Origin: Picochlorum sp. SENEW3
Lineage: Eukaryota
Assembly (NCBI GenBank): GCA_034226945.1
Contig: CP120455.1
Location: forward strand, 1,178,001 to 1,242,000
Direction of reading: 5' to 3'
Length of the DNA stretch: 64,000 nucleotides
Below the pieces are notes generated by a model. That model was given only the letters and a program-made list of their open reading frames with translations, ran no database searches and was not told the origin of the DNA. Below, piece by piece: positions 1-11,029 of the stretch (position 1 is its first letter; every line of letters starts with the position of its first letter). Position numbers and translations under genes: made by a program.

Positions 1-558
1 CCCTCCCGGGTTTCTGCAACGTCGATGCTCTAGCATCCACATCTGTAGATGGAATTCAGTGTGACGCTGATCCAAAAGATCAAATATATTTGGATGTTGG
101 TACGTTGTATCTTGAGAATGAAGTGACATTGCATCAGAAGGTTTCTCATCATCATGCTGTGTTTGTTTGCTTTTTTTGCAGAGCCAATGTCGGGCATTAC
201 CGTAAATGCAAAGAAGTCTTTAATGTTGAGTGTATGGTTTGGGGACTCGTATAATGCTGTGGAGCCAAAGATTGTCAATGATACCTTCCTCCCTGTCTTG
301 GAAGTGACTGAGCACTCCCAGGCATCAGATACAGATTTAAAGAGGCTCTCATCGTTGCAAACTGGAATAGCATTGTGCATCACAATGATTCGATACTCGC
401 AGATGTGGAGTGTTGTCTGTGTCTTGCTGGGAGTAAGCATGATGATTGCTGCCATGATGTACCCAAAGGCCAAGGATAACCAAAGATCGTGGCAGGAAGA
501 GGATGCGATCGAACAAGGTGATACAGATGCACTCCTCGCCGACGATAATGATACCTAG
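1..558 (+). CDS. CD36/LIMP-II (scavenger receptor class B) family protein, 3' part only
   Basis: Splicing a GTACG...GCAG intron (~100-181) gives LPGFCNVD...IYLDVEPMSGITVNAKKSLML...FLPVL followed by a C-terminal TM helix, matching the CD36 C-terminal pattern. Confidence 0.7.
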
Positions 559-791
559 AGTACTTTTGGTTTGGTATACACATTTTTTTGTTGACTCTTT
601 AATATGACAATTTTTGAACAATGTAGCACTGCATGCCAAATCCCCTTCTCCAAGGATCTCCGATGCACTACCCCAGGGCAGCATTAATAATTAGCATATT
701 TACCTCTCAGTGACTTTGGTAGCATTGTGCGCGGGGCGGAATAGGGGGAGAGGTGAACACTGTGTTGATTTCCCACATTTCTCTCGCTGCG

Positions 792-3021
792 ATGAGTACT
801 CTTATCGATCAACTGCGCCAGCAGGTTGCTGAAAACCCATATGAGTATCAAAATTGGGAGAACTTGTTAAGAGAGGTCGGCAAAGGGCCAAGGAGCGAAG
901 AGCAGATTGTGGCCCTCCGAGAGGTCTATGAAAATATTGTGGCCATTTTCCCAACAACGGTGCGTCGCCTATTAGCAATAATATACACATGTCCCATCTC
1001 TTTGAGCCATATACCATGCCTGATCGCCCATGCAGTGTGCATATTGGAAGGATTACTGTGAGTTTGAGATTGAAAACGGAGACGAGGCAATTGTGAAGAG
1101 TCTCTTTGGCAAATGCCTTTTGCTATGCTTGGATATAGACTTGTGGAAGATGTATGTGGGTTACATTCGGTCATTGAATGCCGATCGAGAGGATAGTCCT
1201 GAAGGAATCATGGAGGTGAAGACGTGTCTTGAATTTGCTCTTGAGCAAGTAGGACAGGATGTGAGGGCAGGAGAGCTGTGGCAAGAATATTTTGACCTCC
1301 TACAATCTGTTCAAGAAGATTCTCCTGCCTATGAAAAGGTCTTTGGCGAGGCTGTAGAGGGTCAGGCCGATGCAGCAAAGACAGCAGCTCTGCGAAGAGG
1401 AATGCACAAAGCATTGAACATCCCGACCACCTCCCTTGACGCGATATGGAGCATGTATGAACAGTTTGAGAATAGCTTAGGTAATAAAACTCTATCAAAG
1501 AGATCTTTAGATGAATGGAGGCCGAAGTATCACGCTTCCAAAGCCGTGAGCAATGAAAGATGGTCCCTAGTGGAAAGCTTGGACACCAAAATGTTGCCAT
1601 TACCTCCTGGAAAGGGCGGCCACCATCAGCTGGAAGAAGCCCAGAAGTGGAGAAAATACTGCCATTGGGAATTCGATAATCCAGGAGAAGCAGATAGACC
1701 AACGCATCAAGCTCGTATCGTTTTGGCGTATGAACAGAGCCTCAGTTATCTCATACAATTCCCTGATGTGTGGCTAGACTATGCCTCGTGGCACATGAGT
1801 GAGACTGGAATGGGTGCAGAATCTGCGATAGCAGTATTAAATAGAGGGCGTGAAGCACTGCCCGCAGCCTTGGTATTGCACTTCGAGGTTGCAGACTTGC
1901 ACGAACAAATGGGAAACATTGACAAGGCTCGTTCCATATATGAAGAGGTTGTGGCCGAAGACTCTGAAGAAGAGGCCGAGGAGAAGGCGCGAACTAACGA
2001 TTTGAAAACTCTAGGCTGGATTCAATATATGAGATTTGTTCGCCGGGTTGACGGCGTCATGGCAGCACGAAAGCTGTTTCTACGAGCTCGGAAATGGTCT
2101 GGCTTGCAGTGGCAGGCATTTGTCGCTTCAGCCAGATTTGAATGGCTGAATGATGGAAAGGACCATATTCCGCGCAATATTTTTGAACTGGGATTGAAAA
2201 CATACCTAAAATGTCCCGGGTATGTCGTGGAGTATGCAAAGTTTCTGATGGGCATTGGAGACTTGGCCAACACCAGATCACTGTTTGAGAGAGCCATTAC
2301 TGCCACACCGCCAGAAGAAACAGGGCCCTTGTGGGACGCATACATTGAATTTGAGGCCGAGTCTGGATCTCTGTCGACGGTCAGCTCACTTGAATCTAGG
2401 AGAAAAGAAGCATTGAAGGAAGAAGTAAAGGATCCGCTTGATGCCTTGCATGTGTCCCTCTTAAAACACAAATTCTTGGACATCGTGCCAGGGACATCGG
2501 ATATGTTTGAAGTATCCCCAGACATGTACGCCTACGAAGAATATGATGAGTACTACTATGGCCAAGGGGAGCAGGAAGGATATCCACCAGGGCAGCCTCC
2601 CCCACCTCCACCACCAGGAGGACGTCCACCACCACCAAGGCCCATGGGTGGAGCCCGTGTGCCTCGAGACCTACATCAACTCATGAAGCAGCTCCATGGA
2701 CCTGCTGAAGGCCCTGTTCCAGATGTAGAGCACATTCTGACACCCATCATGAATTTTGACTTTACAGCTGCCGGCATTGAATCACACGAGGCTGCCATGG
2801 GAAGACCAATACAATCCCTGGACGGTGGTAAAAAATTGTCGAGATCAGGCAAGCGGCGGGGATCGAAGAGAAAAGGAACTCAGCAGCCAAACGTACCTGA
2901 ACCTCCCCCACACCCAGATGACCACAATGTTGATGATGGAGACAATGACGATGAGATTGGTGATGACATGCCAAGTGCAGGCAGCGATGTCTACAGACGA
3001 CGAATGCGCAAGCGCACCTAA
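792..3021 (+). CDS. CSTF77: Cleavage stimulation factor 77 kDa subunit / Rna14 (HAT repeats)
   Basis: ENPYEYQNWENLL start, HAT repeats, IFELGLK motif, Pro-rich region and C-terminal DVYRRR; intron ~960-1035. Confidence 0.85.
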
Positions 3022-3220
3022 GGTGCTTCTATTGTAAAGAAAAAAGAGTTACACAATTATTACGGTTGTAAGTCACAGCGCAATTTGTTATATTCGGTAT
3101 GGTATGACATTGCTTGTGCAGCACGTTTAATTTGAAAACACAAACATACTCGTCAGTGATGTGTCATTGTCGGATCCCTTGCCGTCAAAGAAGCAAGAAC
3201 TCTATGTCAACAAATAAAAT

Positions 3221-3952
3221 TTACGCTGATTTCGCCGATCGTGTGCTCCTACGAGATGGAGTCGTCGACCTGCTGCCTGACTTTTTTGCCGTAGTGCCCG
3301 TCTTGGACGCCGTCTTCTTTGGCTTCACGGTGCTCGCTTCCTTCTTACGACTGCTCGACGTAGATCTCTTGGTCGTAGCAGCCTTTGATGTTGGCGTCTT
3401 TTTGGTGGCGCTCTTGCGAGTCGCCGAGGTAGATCGCCCCTTGGACGCAGACCTGCTCTTTGTCCCAGTAGAAGCAGCACTGGCAGTCTTCTTCTTGGCA
3501 GCAGCACTGGTCGATCTGGAGCGAGCCTTGCTCTTTGTGGCAGAAGATGTCTCTGCAGCAGCCGCAGTACCCCCCTTCTTCGTGCGAGTCACGCTTCTAC
3601 TGCGACGTTCCGTCTTCTTCTCCGGTGTTGGAGTAGACTTCTTCGCCTCCGCAGAAGGCTTCTTCCTGTCAGAAGATCTGTACAACCACATAAAGGTACA
3701 CGATGAACCAGTAGATCACGCAACGTCGACCACACCCAGTGGTCGTTACAACCACCTCGCGCACCTGGTACTCCGCCTGAGGTCCCCGACCTCCCCAGTC
3801 TCATCCCCCTTGCCCGCAGCCTTCTTCTTCAAAGATTCACTAATATTGTAAAACAATAAAATTGTCAGAAAGACTGTGACAACCCCCACTGCCACTGGCA
3901 AAGCCATTGGGTGCTGCATTAATTCTTCGACAGAAGAGATGGATGCGGCCAT
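3221..3952 (-). CDS. Hypothetical protein with one N-terminal TM helix and a Lys/Ser/Thr/Arg-rich, histone H1-like tail
   Basis: Two ORFs (3746-3991, 3221-3691) joined by a GTGCG...TACAG intron; hydrophobic VAVGVVTVFLTILLF followed by a basic low-complexity tail. Confidence 0.6.
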
Positions 3953-4692
3953 GAACTGACCAACAGCTGGATGCAACGTGAGTGGAATCATTTTGATTAT
4001 TTAACAATCAAATGTATAGGGGGAATGGTGAAGATACTGGTGGATCAGTACCTGGTTGTCATTGTGATCATGCAACCGCTCGTGAAAACGGTTGGTCGGT
4101 TGGTAGCCACGATGGCCACCCTTGGGTGGTGGGTGGGGGCGGGTGGCATCCATGCGCAGCATTTGGCTGCGTTGCGCAATCATACGAACATGAGAGTGGT
4201 GTTTGGAGGTGTGAAAGAGCGTTAGTACCATGGTATGTGGAGCGAGTGATATAGAACTGGGGAATAGAGCAGGCGTGGCAGAGATTTGACCCTGGTACAA
4301 GACATGGTTGTCCTGCTATCGACTAGACCACAGCGAGAATGGCACAGCCGTATGCATGGATGTAGAACTATATCTTATATATAGCCATTGGTGGCGTTGG
4401 TGAGGGGCGAACGAGGGGAGAGGGATCTGAGATGGGGAGCACTCCCGAATAGTGTGTCCCATGGTCTGGCCTCGAGAGATGGATAGAATCTGTACGCATC
4501 AGCAATGGAATGAATGCAGGTGGTCGTGTCTACTGACTCCAAGGCCCAAAAAAATAGATATTAATAGTGAATGTGTCTCTCAGGGAGGGAATCTGGCAAT
4601 CGTTAACGGGGTATTCAGAACATCTCCCACGGTTTCTACAACACGAATTTGCGTCATTTACTTGTTTGTTTGCTCGAGTGACACGGATACGA

Positions 4693-5505
4693 ATGGGACC
4701 AACGATTCAGGGGAGAATTATCTCTAGCAATCGGCCCACAAGGCGGGCTGGTGGTCCAATATACTGTGAGATCAAAAGGAAAGGGATCCCAGGGTATGGT
4801 ATTCCCAATCCAGGAGACTGTGCAGAATATAGAAATCGTCTCTCTAAGAATGAGCCAGGGAAGTGGCATACTGTCGAGATAGGGGAACGTAGAAAGCCTT
4901 GGTGGTGCGTACTACTGACACATACAATGTGTCAGATTGATTTTTGACTTGAGACAAAGGGGCAAGGGGCTTTCATCATGTGAATGAATGGTTAACAAGG
5001 GAGGATTTTTTCATGCAGGAGATATCAAATTCCAGTGGCGTCTTCTTTCTCTGGATATCTGGGGAAAGTACATTCTAAGATCAATTCCCTATCCTTGATG
5101 CCAGAGTACGGATCCCCTCCCCCTGGTGGACGGGGAGGTGGTGGATGGGGAGGTGGTGGATGGGGTGGACAAGGAGGAGGAGGAAGCGGAGGCGACCCCA
5201 TGAAGGGTTTCACCTATCTTTTTGCCTTTGCGATTTTTGGTTCTGGCTTGAGTGCCTATCTGAGAAAGTCGAGCACCACGAGCCTTTTGGTTGCAACAGG
5301 TGTGGCTGTTCTATTGTTGATTTCTGCCTCGCTCATGGGCCATCCGACATACAAGGTGGGTACGTTGCTCTCTTTGGCGACCTGCCTCGCCCTTGCTGGA
5401 GCGATGGGTCTGAGGGCAAAGAATAGTGGTAAAATAATCCCAAGCGGGCTTATAGCAATGATTTCTGGAATAATGAGCGTAGGATACATCATGACACTGC
5501 TTTGA
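4693..5505 (+). CDS. TMEM14/FAX (fatty acid export)-like membrane protein, probably plastid-targeted
   Basis: Gly-rich linker then four short TM helices (AYLRKSSTTSL, GKIIPSGL); probable intron 4794-5018. Confidence 0.7.
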
Positions 5506-5589
5506 CAAGAACTTGTACGACATCTGTAACGTGACTGAACTCAAATATAAATAAATAAATACATATATACATACACGAAAAGGACCCAC

Positions 5590-6332
5590 TCAGTCAAGAT
5601 GCTGGTGGTTGCCGACACCAGCAATGGGGGCAGTGTTGGATTGAAACAACTGCTTGAACAGCTGTGGTGTTTTGAGCAACCTCCTTCCCCTTCCCTGCTG
5701 TGTATGCGGATACACATCCTCCAAATAATAGTACGTATGCCCTGCTATCATCCCAAGGATATCCAAGATCGGGCTGCCCCCGATGAGCACAGAAAACGCC
5801 ATCAACACCCACGGCAAGTACGCTGCTCCAAAGGTGAAAATCCCCAGGAACGACAATGGAACGCTAGGATGCCGCCGAGCCCACACATACACAAGCATAA
5901 AGTTAAGGGATGTTCCTAAGAATTGTACCTTGGCAACGGGGGCCATTGCCGTGAGCATGATTCCCCCAAAGACGAGCATCCATAAGAAGTCTGCACTCTT
6001 GTTCCTAAAGGACCCCTCCTCCAAGGACTTGGAGTATCGTATCAGGAAGAATAGGTGGAATATGAAATCTATGCCAATATTTCCAAAGTATAGAAAGTTT
6101 GTTAGCAATCGCCAGTACTCGTGCTTGTATAAGATCAGTTTTGAGTTGAAATACAAGTAAAATGGAGAGATCACCTGCGGCATTGTCCATGTCAGAGTGC
6201 CATTCTTTCATGCCAGGTCACATATAAGTAGACACGTACATCTAAAGCACACAGAGCAGAGGTTATGACCACGAGTGTCACATATACTCGAGTCACGACT
6301 GGTAAGGAATTGTATCCGTCTACCACATCCAT
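5590..6332 (-). CDS. DER2: Derlin-2 (ERAD)
   Basis: YNSLPVVTRVY exon 1; EYWRLLTNFLYFG, SLEEGSF, YLPWVL and GHTYYYLEDVYP motifs. Confidence 0.9.
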
Positions 6333-6398
6333 TTGTCCTCTCCTGTGTTTCACATACAACTATATTTTCTAGGATTATTGTTATTTTATTTAGTCTCG

Positions 6399-7348
6399 TC
6401 ACATCGGTGACGCTAATCGCTCATAAAGAATCAGGCAGAGATTGGACACAATCACTAGGGTGGACCCACAGATGGAGAGCAGGTTTGGGGCCATACCGAA
6501 CACAATATAATCTATGAGTATTGACCACACAATGCCGAGGTAGCTAATTGACATGACAGAGGCAGTATTGCTGCGTTTTAATGCCAGCGTGGCAGTGAAT
6601 TGGACGAGGCATGCACAGACTCCAACCCCAAGGAGGAACAGAAACTCAAGTGGGTCATGTGGGAGTTTCCAATTCAAGAGCGACCCAAAGGAACTTCCCA
6701 TGCACGAAACCAAAGCCATACTCATGATGATATGAGCAGTAGGCTCGCTCTTGCCCAAGAAAGAGACAGAAAGCTTGGCGACGCTTGCAGTGATTGCCTG
6801 GCTGCTGCCAATCAAGAAGTTCTTCAGAGACATGCCTCCTTCCTGGCCACCGAATATCGCAGGAGGCTGTGCGACAAGAACAACTCCTGTGAATGCAACT
6901 GGTATGGAGAAGAAGACTGCTTTGTTCACTGGTTGCCCGAGAATGAAGGGACTTGCCAGAGCCACAAGGCATGGTGACAGAAACATCAACACTGTTGCGT
7001 CCTGCAGCGGCATGACATGCACTGACCAGTAGACAGATGTCACTGTCAGGAATCCAAATATCCCTCGAACGAGCAAGAGAAGCTTTCTGCACGCACTGAA
7101 TACGTTATTAAAACCAGTTGGTCAGAAGACAAGACAAGAAGGGAAAAAATGGCGAACCTTTCGGATCTGAATGGGTTCTTTGCATTCACCCATGTCAAAT
7201 ACATGGCAAAGTTTAATAAGATGATACTCCGACAGAATACAGTCTGGAGAACGCTGAACCCTCTGGCACTGAGCAATTTGGCCTGAGTTTGCATTATTGC
7301 TTGGAACAGCGTGCTCATTGACTGCAATAGCAGTCCATTCAATCTCAT
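6399..7348 (-). CDS. EamA/DMT (SLC35G-like) transporter
   Basis: Multiple TM helices, 'LLVRGIFG', 'MPLQDATVLMFLSP'; one intron near 7090-7160. Confidence 0.75.
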
Positions 7349-7392
7349 TCTACATTTTTTAATTATAATTTATGTTTAAGAATAGCACATTG

Positions 7393-8472
7393 TCAGTGCT
7401 CTGATTTCTGTGGGTGGAATGCATCCACTAGGACTACTTTCGGTTTCAGCATGGATTGGTCTTGATACGAATACGAAAAGTTCCAGTTACCAACGCTTGT
7501 CGCCCCTATTTCCCTCGTCCTGGCGTCAAATGCGACGACAGCGCCCTGGAACCCGGTATCATGGCCAATGACGCTGACGATTCTGGCCATGGCATCGTCT
7601 GTTGCCTGTTGGACATGCATACCATTCCTCATGTTCATGTACACGTGGAAGCACGGAAGGAATCTCAGATGCGTATCACCATCACCCGTGGCAGCGCAAG
7701 CTCCGATTTTTGAATCGGCATATGCAGATCCCCCTGGAACAGCAGCGTCCCCGACTCGTCCAGGAATTTTGTACTTGAGTCCATTTGTGGATGAGCCGGC
7801 CACAATGGAATTCTTTCCATCCACAGCAATCATCGAAATGGTGTCATGACCTCCAGGTTGCGATTGGTATTGATTGCTATGTGATTTTGACACGGACACC
7901 TTGTGATTGTGATACGGCCCGCAATGCGTTGCAGGATCTGGAACAAGGCCTGCATCCTTCTTCCAAAAATTTGGCTGGCAGTTGTTTGCTTTCCACTCCT
8001 GGGATTCCCTTTTCGATTCATCAGTCGCCAATGTATCATACACCTTGATTCCAAACTGAGAGGCAAAGGCCGTGGCTTCCTCTCCCGCGAGAATGGAATG
8101 ACGTGTCTTCTCTAAAACTGCCCTGGCAGTTTTAATCGCATCCCTCACTCGTCTCAAATTTGCTACTGCACCAACATTCAATGTATCCCCATCCACCAAT
8201 AAAGCATCCAAACTCGTCTCACCACTCTCATCTGGGCTACCCCCAAAACCCACCGTGTGATCGCATTGGTCCTTTTCGCAACGAGTGCATCCCTCAACCA
8301 CCGCATCCATGGCTGACCCGCCCTTCTTGGAGAGAGTCTCGAACGCCGTTGCCGTCGCCACCGTGAAGGGCCAAGTGTTTATGACAATACGCCCAGCATC
8401 AGTCGATTTTCCAATCACCAGAGAGATGATGGCAATGCCAATGATGATGCTGTAGTAGTGCAGGCCATACAT
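7393..8472 (-). CDS. AGA: N(4)-(beta-N-acetylglucosaminyl)-L-asparaginase (glycosylasparaginase)
   Basis: Signal peptide, VINTWPF, VGFGGSPDESGET, HDTISM autocleavage site, GRVGD, ATGDGD. Confidence 0.92.
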   Translation of the reverse strand: MYGLHYYSIIIGIAIISLVIGKSTDAGRIVINTWPFTVATATAFETLSKKGGSAMDAVVEGCTRCEKDQCDHTVGFGGSPDESGETSLDALLVDGDTLNVGAVANLRRVRDAIKTARAVLEKTRHSILAGEEATAFASQFGIKVYDTLATDESKRESQEWKANNCQPNFWKKDAGLVPDPATHCGPYHNHKVSVSKSHSNQYQSQPGGHDTISMIAVDGKNSIVAGSSTNGLKYKIPGRVGDAAVPGGSAYADSKIGACAATGDGDTHLRFLPCFHVYMNMRNGMHVQQATDDAMARIVSVIGHDTGFQGAVVAFDARTREIGATSVGNWNFSYSYQDQSMLKPKVVLVDAFHPQKSEH

Positions 8473-8557
8473 TCTACAATTCGACGAAACTACACTACTG
8501 ATACGATATCACTCAAGACGCCAACGTTGCATTCTAGGTCTTTATCTATATTATAGA

Positions 8558-10204
8558 TTATGAATAGGTATCAGGGCGTGAGAAAGTTGATTGCTTCGGG
8601 TTCATGCGGAGCATTGATCTGGTCACCACATGTCGTTTTGACGACATGGCACCCAATTCGGGACCCATGTCCACGGGAGGGCGACGACCATTCTTTCCAT
8701 GCGATGCTACATACCTTGGCATTGACTGTGCATCGTCAGTGTCATCTACCATCCCCTGCGCATGGTGTGGACGAAATACTTGCTCTGAGAAGGCCCTTCT
8801 TCCATCAGGGCACAAGGGACGCCTTGTAGGAATGAGTAGATGGTGGAGGTGGTCTCTTGTTTGCCCCATTCGCTCGTGTGACGGGGATCTCCCCCATCTG
8901 AAGGAAAGATTTGATTGCCTCAACCACACGTAAAATACGATGGCTCCTGCTAGTTTTCGGATTATTGTCTTGACAAATTGCTGAGAGCAGGCCCACTGGG
9001 GAAGGATGATACCTTGAAGCCAATCTGAAATGATACCATACTTGGTGTAGAATCCCAAATTATATTTGAATATATCCGAGAGATTCATTATTGATCGTTC
9101 CAGGATGAGCGATATGCCGAGCCATAGACAGACATAGGCCCTTGTCTCCAAGGATATTCCAACAGACCCCATGGCAACGACCATAAGAATTCCAAACCCA
9201 AAAAAAAAACCGTCCTGAAGACTGTACGATGAACCCAAAATTTTGGATAATGCTCTATCTGTTCTTCTTTGATATTCATGCATCGATTGAAAGAGTGATC
9301 CTATGGTGGTTGTGGACTCTTGAATGACTTTCAAATCATGCTTGATGGCCTCCTGCGCCAATGCCGCTTCGCTCGCTTCTTCTCTGATGGCTTGAAAGGT
9401 CCCATGAATTTTATTCGATGAACTTTCCATCATATGCTCTAATCGTTCCGTGGATTCTTGCACCAGTCTCATGGAATGGGAATATATTGAGGACATTGCT
9501 TGCATGACAACCTTTTGCCTCTGGAAATACTGTTCCATCATCTCGATCCCTGTCGACATATTTCGATACATATTTTTATGCATATCTCGTTGATGACGAA
9601 TGGTATCCCGAATGATGCCAAGATCCTTTTCAATATCTGTCATCCGCTGGGCAACTGCATGAGAGCCCCGGACAATTTTGTTGAGCATGTGCTCGGCAAA
9701 CTTTTCAAAATCCTGGTTCTGAATGTACAGACACATCGTATCAATATGAGTCAGCATCTCTACATACATTGAATGTTCCCGATCGCTGAGCCGATTGACG
9801 CAAACCTTGAGCAGGTCACCCTGCCTGCATGTGAGCCTCTCTGCAGCTTCATGATGCTCCTGAACATGAACTAGCTGGCAGAACAAGAGCATGAGTGCCA
9901 GTCTCGACTTCTCCGTAGGTCGTAAGTCTCTACATTCTTTTTTAAGCGCGGACAGCGCTTTACTATGACAATTTGTACCCCACATATAATCCAGCATGGT
10001 CTCCTGGTTTGAGGCTCTCTGGATACCATCCAAAAACCCTCTTCCTCTCCTTTGTATATCCATGTCCGTCGATTTACAACTACTATACTTACCACAAGAT
10101 CCAGAGGAAAATGTGGGCAAGTACTCCACGGGTGTGTGAGAGTCAAAGGCATTGTGAGAGGCCAGACACCCCAAGATTAACAGTATGACTGCCAACACAC
10201 CCAT
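8558..10204 (-). CDS. GEX1: GEX1/Kar5/Brambleberry nuclear membrane fusion protein
   Basis: Signal peptide, Cys-rich domain (NCHSKAL..EC..L...KSRLALMLLFCQ...C...C...THIDTMC), coiled coil, three C-terminal TM segments. Confidence 0.8.
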   Translation of the reverse strand: MGVLAVILLILGCLASHNAFDSHTPVEYLPTFSSGSCGKYSSCKSTDMDIQRRGRGFLDGIQRASNQETMLDYMWGTNCHSKALSALKKECRDLRPTEKSRLALMLLFCQLVHVQEHHEAAERLTCRQGDLLKVCVNRLSDREHSMYVEMLTHIDTMCLYIQNQDFEKFAEHMLNKIVRGSHAVAQRMTDIEKDLGIIRDTIRHQRDMHKNMYRNMSTGIEMMEQYFQRQKVVMQAMSSIYSHSMRLVQESTERLEHMMESSSNKIHGTFQAIREEASEAALAQEAIKHDLKVIQESTTTIGSLFQSMHEYQRRTDRALSKILGSSYSLQDGFFFGFGILMVVAMGSVGISLETRAYVCLWLGISLILERSIMNLSDIFKYNLGFYTKYGIISDWLQGIILPQWACSQQFVKTIIRKLAGAIVFYVWLRQSNLSFRWGRSPSHERMGQTRDHLHHLLIPTRRPLCPDGRRAFSEQVFRPHHAQGMVDDTDDAQSMPRYVASHGKNGRRPPVDMGPELGAMSSKRHVVTRSMLRMNPKQSTFSRPDTYS

Positions 10205-10622
10205 GACTTGACATTCTATACATATTCTATAAACTCTGTATGAACTCAAATACCACCCATAAGGCATCCCTCGTACATCAGGCGACTGTCTCCCAGTGGT
10301 CATAATGCAAGAATCTTCTGCTGCTTCCTGAATTTGTAAAGGTCATGCCCCAAGTTGACCGAGGATTTCAGTGACGCGTATACCAACTACAGATTCCAAA
10401 ATATTTTGTTATATGTTTTTATCATTCATCTGCAAATAGATGTATCCATAGTGCGTTCTTGTCATTGATTTTCTCAACCCCCCAAGAAGCAACCACGGTG
10501 GTTGGTTCTGTTCAGCGGTTGAAACGGACACTTTCACCATTTCCACAGAATCTTTGCAGGTATACGCATTTATAATTTAAAAACTAGTATCTTTGAAAAG
10601 GAAGAACCCCTCAAGAGTCGCG

Positions 10623-10986
10623 ATGCAACAGCCAGCTTCAAACAGTCACTCCTCCGGAGCGAAATACGCCGTCAAAGCTAGTGATATGAGTGATGAAATG
10701 CAAAAAGATGCCATTGATATGGCTATAGAGGTACGTTTGTTGGTATCGATGCGGTCAAGAAGCTCAGCCGGTCCCAACTGGTGGTTGGTGTCTGCAGAGT
10801 ACAAGCAAGTGGGACACAGAACGGGATATTGCCGCGAGTCTGAAGAAGGACTTTGACGGAAAATATGGCCCAACATGGCACTGCATCGTAGGATCCAACT
10901 TTGGGTCGTATGTGACGCATGAAAGTAGGCATTTCATTTACTTTTATTTGAACAAACTGGCTATACTGCTGTACAAGAGTGGATGA
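10623..10986 (+). CDS. Dynein light chain LC8 family
   Basis: Spliced (intron 10731-10797): [15 protein letters not shown]...[27 protein letters not shown]...FIYFYL. Confidence 0.9.
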
Positions 10987-11029
10987 ATGCATGAAGTAGA
11001 TTGTAACATGAAAAAAACGTGCGCGACTT

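Noticed and set aside
3114..3851. 245-aa hydrophobic + strand ORF
   Set aside because: Antisense shadow of the Lys/Ser-rich minus-strand gene.
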